From Amphiscolops sp. MND2022 (Eukaryota), in NCBI GenBank assembly GCA_964187785.1, contig OZ076409.1, positions 25,236,001-25,300,000 on the forward strand: a stretch of 64,000 nucleotides of DNA, in the 5' to 3' direction. Below are positions 63,306 to 64,000 of the stretch, piece after piece. A program made the position numbers and the translations under genes. Within the stretch, counting starts at the first letter, position 1. The number at the start of each line of letters is the position of its first letter. A model generated the notes under the pieces. The model had not been told where the DNA came from, searched no databases, and saw nothing but the letters and a program-made list of their open reading frames with translations.

Positions 63306-64000
63306 CTGCAGATGAAAATTTGCCTATTGAATGCACAAAGTGTTATCAGTCTCCAGCAACGATTGAAACTACTCAACTTCTTAAGTTTACACTCACCTGA
63401 TTTGGTTTTTGTCACTGAAACTTGGTTATACCCAGAAATCGAAGACTCTGAAGTTTGCCCATTGAAATGTAACTACTCAATCATTGCCAGACAAGATCGC
63501 TCTGGTGGCGAACACGGCGGTGTCCTCGTTGCTGCCAAAAAGGATTTCTGTTTCAACTACTCTGACCTAACTCAGAAAATTGGACGCAATATGAAAATTG
63601 GCCAAATCAATGATTTTGCCGTCGCGTTTTCCATTACAACCATCCAGGGTTCTCACTTGTTCCTTTTAATTTACAATCCACCATCGACATCTCCATATCG
63701 AATCGAAGCGAACCTTTTGGCTGATTGGATCTCCTCGTGTTATGCTAAATTTGAAATCAATTATCTCAGCTCTTTCTCCATTTTAGGAGACCTCAATCTG
63801 AATGATGTTTGCTGGGCAACTGTAACTGGCCAGAGCGACTATTCCAAAAGCTTCATAGTTCAATCTCAAGCGATGAATCTCAATCCTTTAGTTTTTGAGC
63901 CTACTCATAAGTCTGGTAGCACTCTGGATATAATTCTAACCTCACATTCCGAGCTATTCAATGTTTATGTTGACTCACATCTCTACTCTGATCATTACCC
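63306..64000 (+). CDS. LINE ORF2 APE endonuclease, open to the window end (ATG at 63312); absent from the ORF track
   Basis: Manual translation shows no stops: LLNAQS, VTETWL, DR..GGV, IYNPP, GDLN, PTH..G.TLD, SDH. Confidence 0.9.
   Translation, partial: MQMKICLLNAQSVISLQQRLKLLNFLSLHSPDLVFVTETWLYPEIEDSEVCPLKCNYSIIARQDRSGGEHGGVLVAAKKDFCFNYSDLTQKIGRNMKIGQINDFAVAFSITTIQGSHLFLLIYNPPSTSPYRIEANLLADWISSCYAKFEINYLSSFSILGDLNLNDVCWATVTGQSDYSKSFIVQSQAMNLNPLVFEPTHKSGSTLDIILTSHSELFNVYVDSHLYSDHY

Overview
AT-rich, repeat-dense animal (invertebrate metazoan) genomic DNA with spliceosomal GT-AG introns. Two host genes lie on the minus strand. One is a laminin gamma-type chain, reconstructed as 6 phase-consistent exons from 5592 to off the left edge. 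The other is a Tonsoku-like gene (TONSL; TPR-ankyrin-UBL-LRR) whose last exon is partly duplicated in tandem with a templated junction. The rest is mobile DNA. The largest piece is a ~14.9 kb Polinton/Maverick-derived element (20295-35164, AGTAGT termini, 6-bp ATCGCG TSD) that is almost entirely one giant palindrome of two decayed pPolB arms. There are also three APE-type LINEs that all show ORF1-TGA-CTR-ORF2 in one frame, a decayed CRE-like RLE retroelement, a decayed Ty3/Gypsy element with one LTR, many Helentron-associated (DINE/HINE-like) repeats, Mutator-like and Tc1-like MITEs, and a ~3.1 kb-unit tandem array. All calls are from manual reading; no database searches were run.
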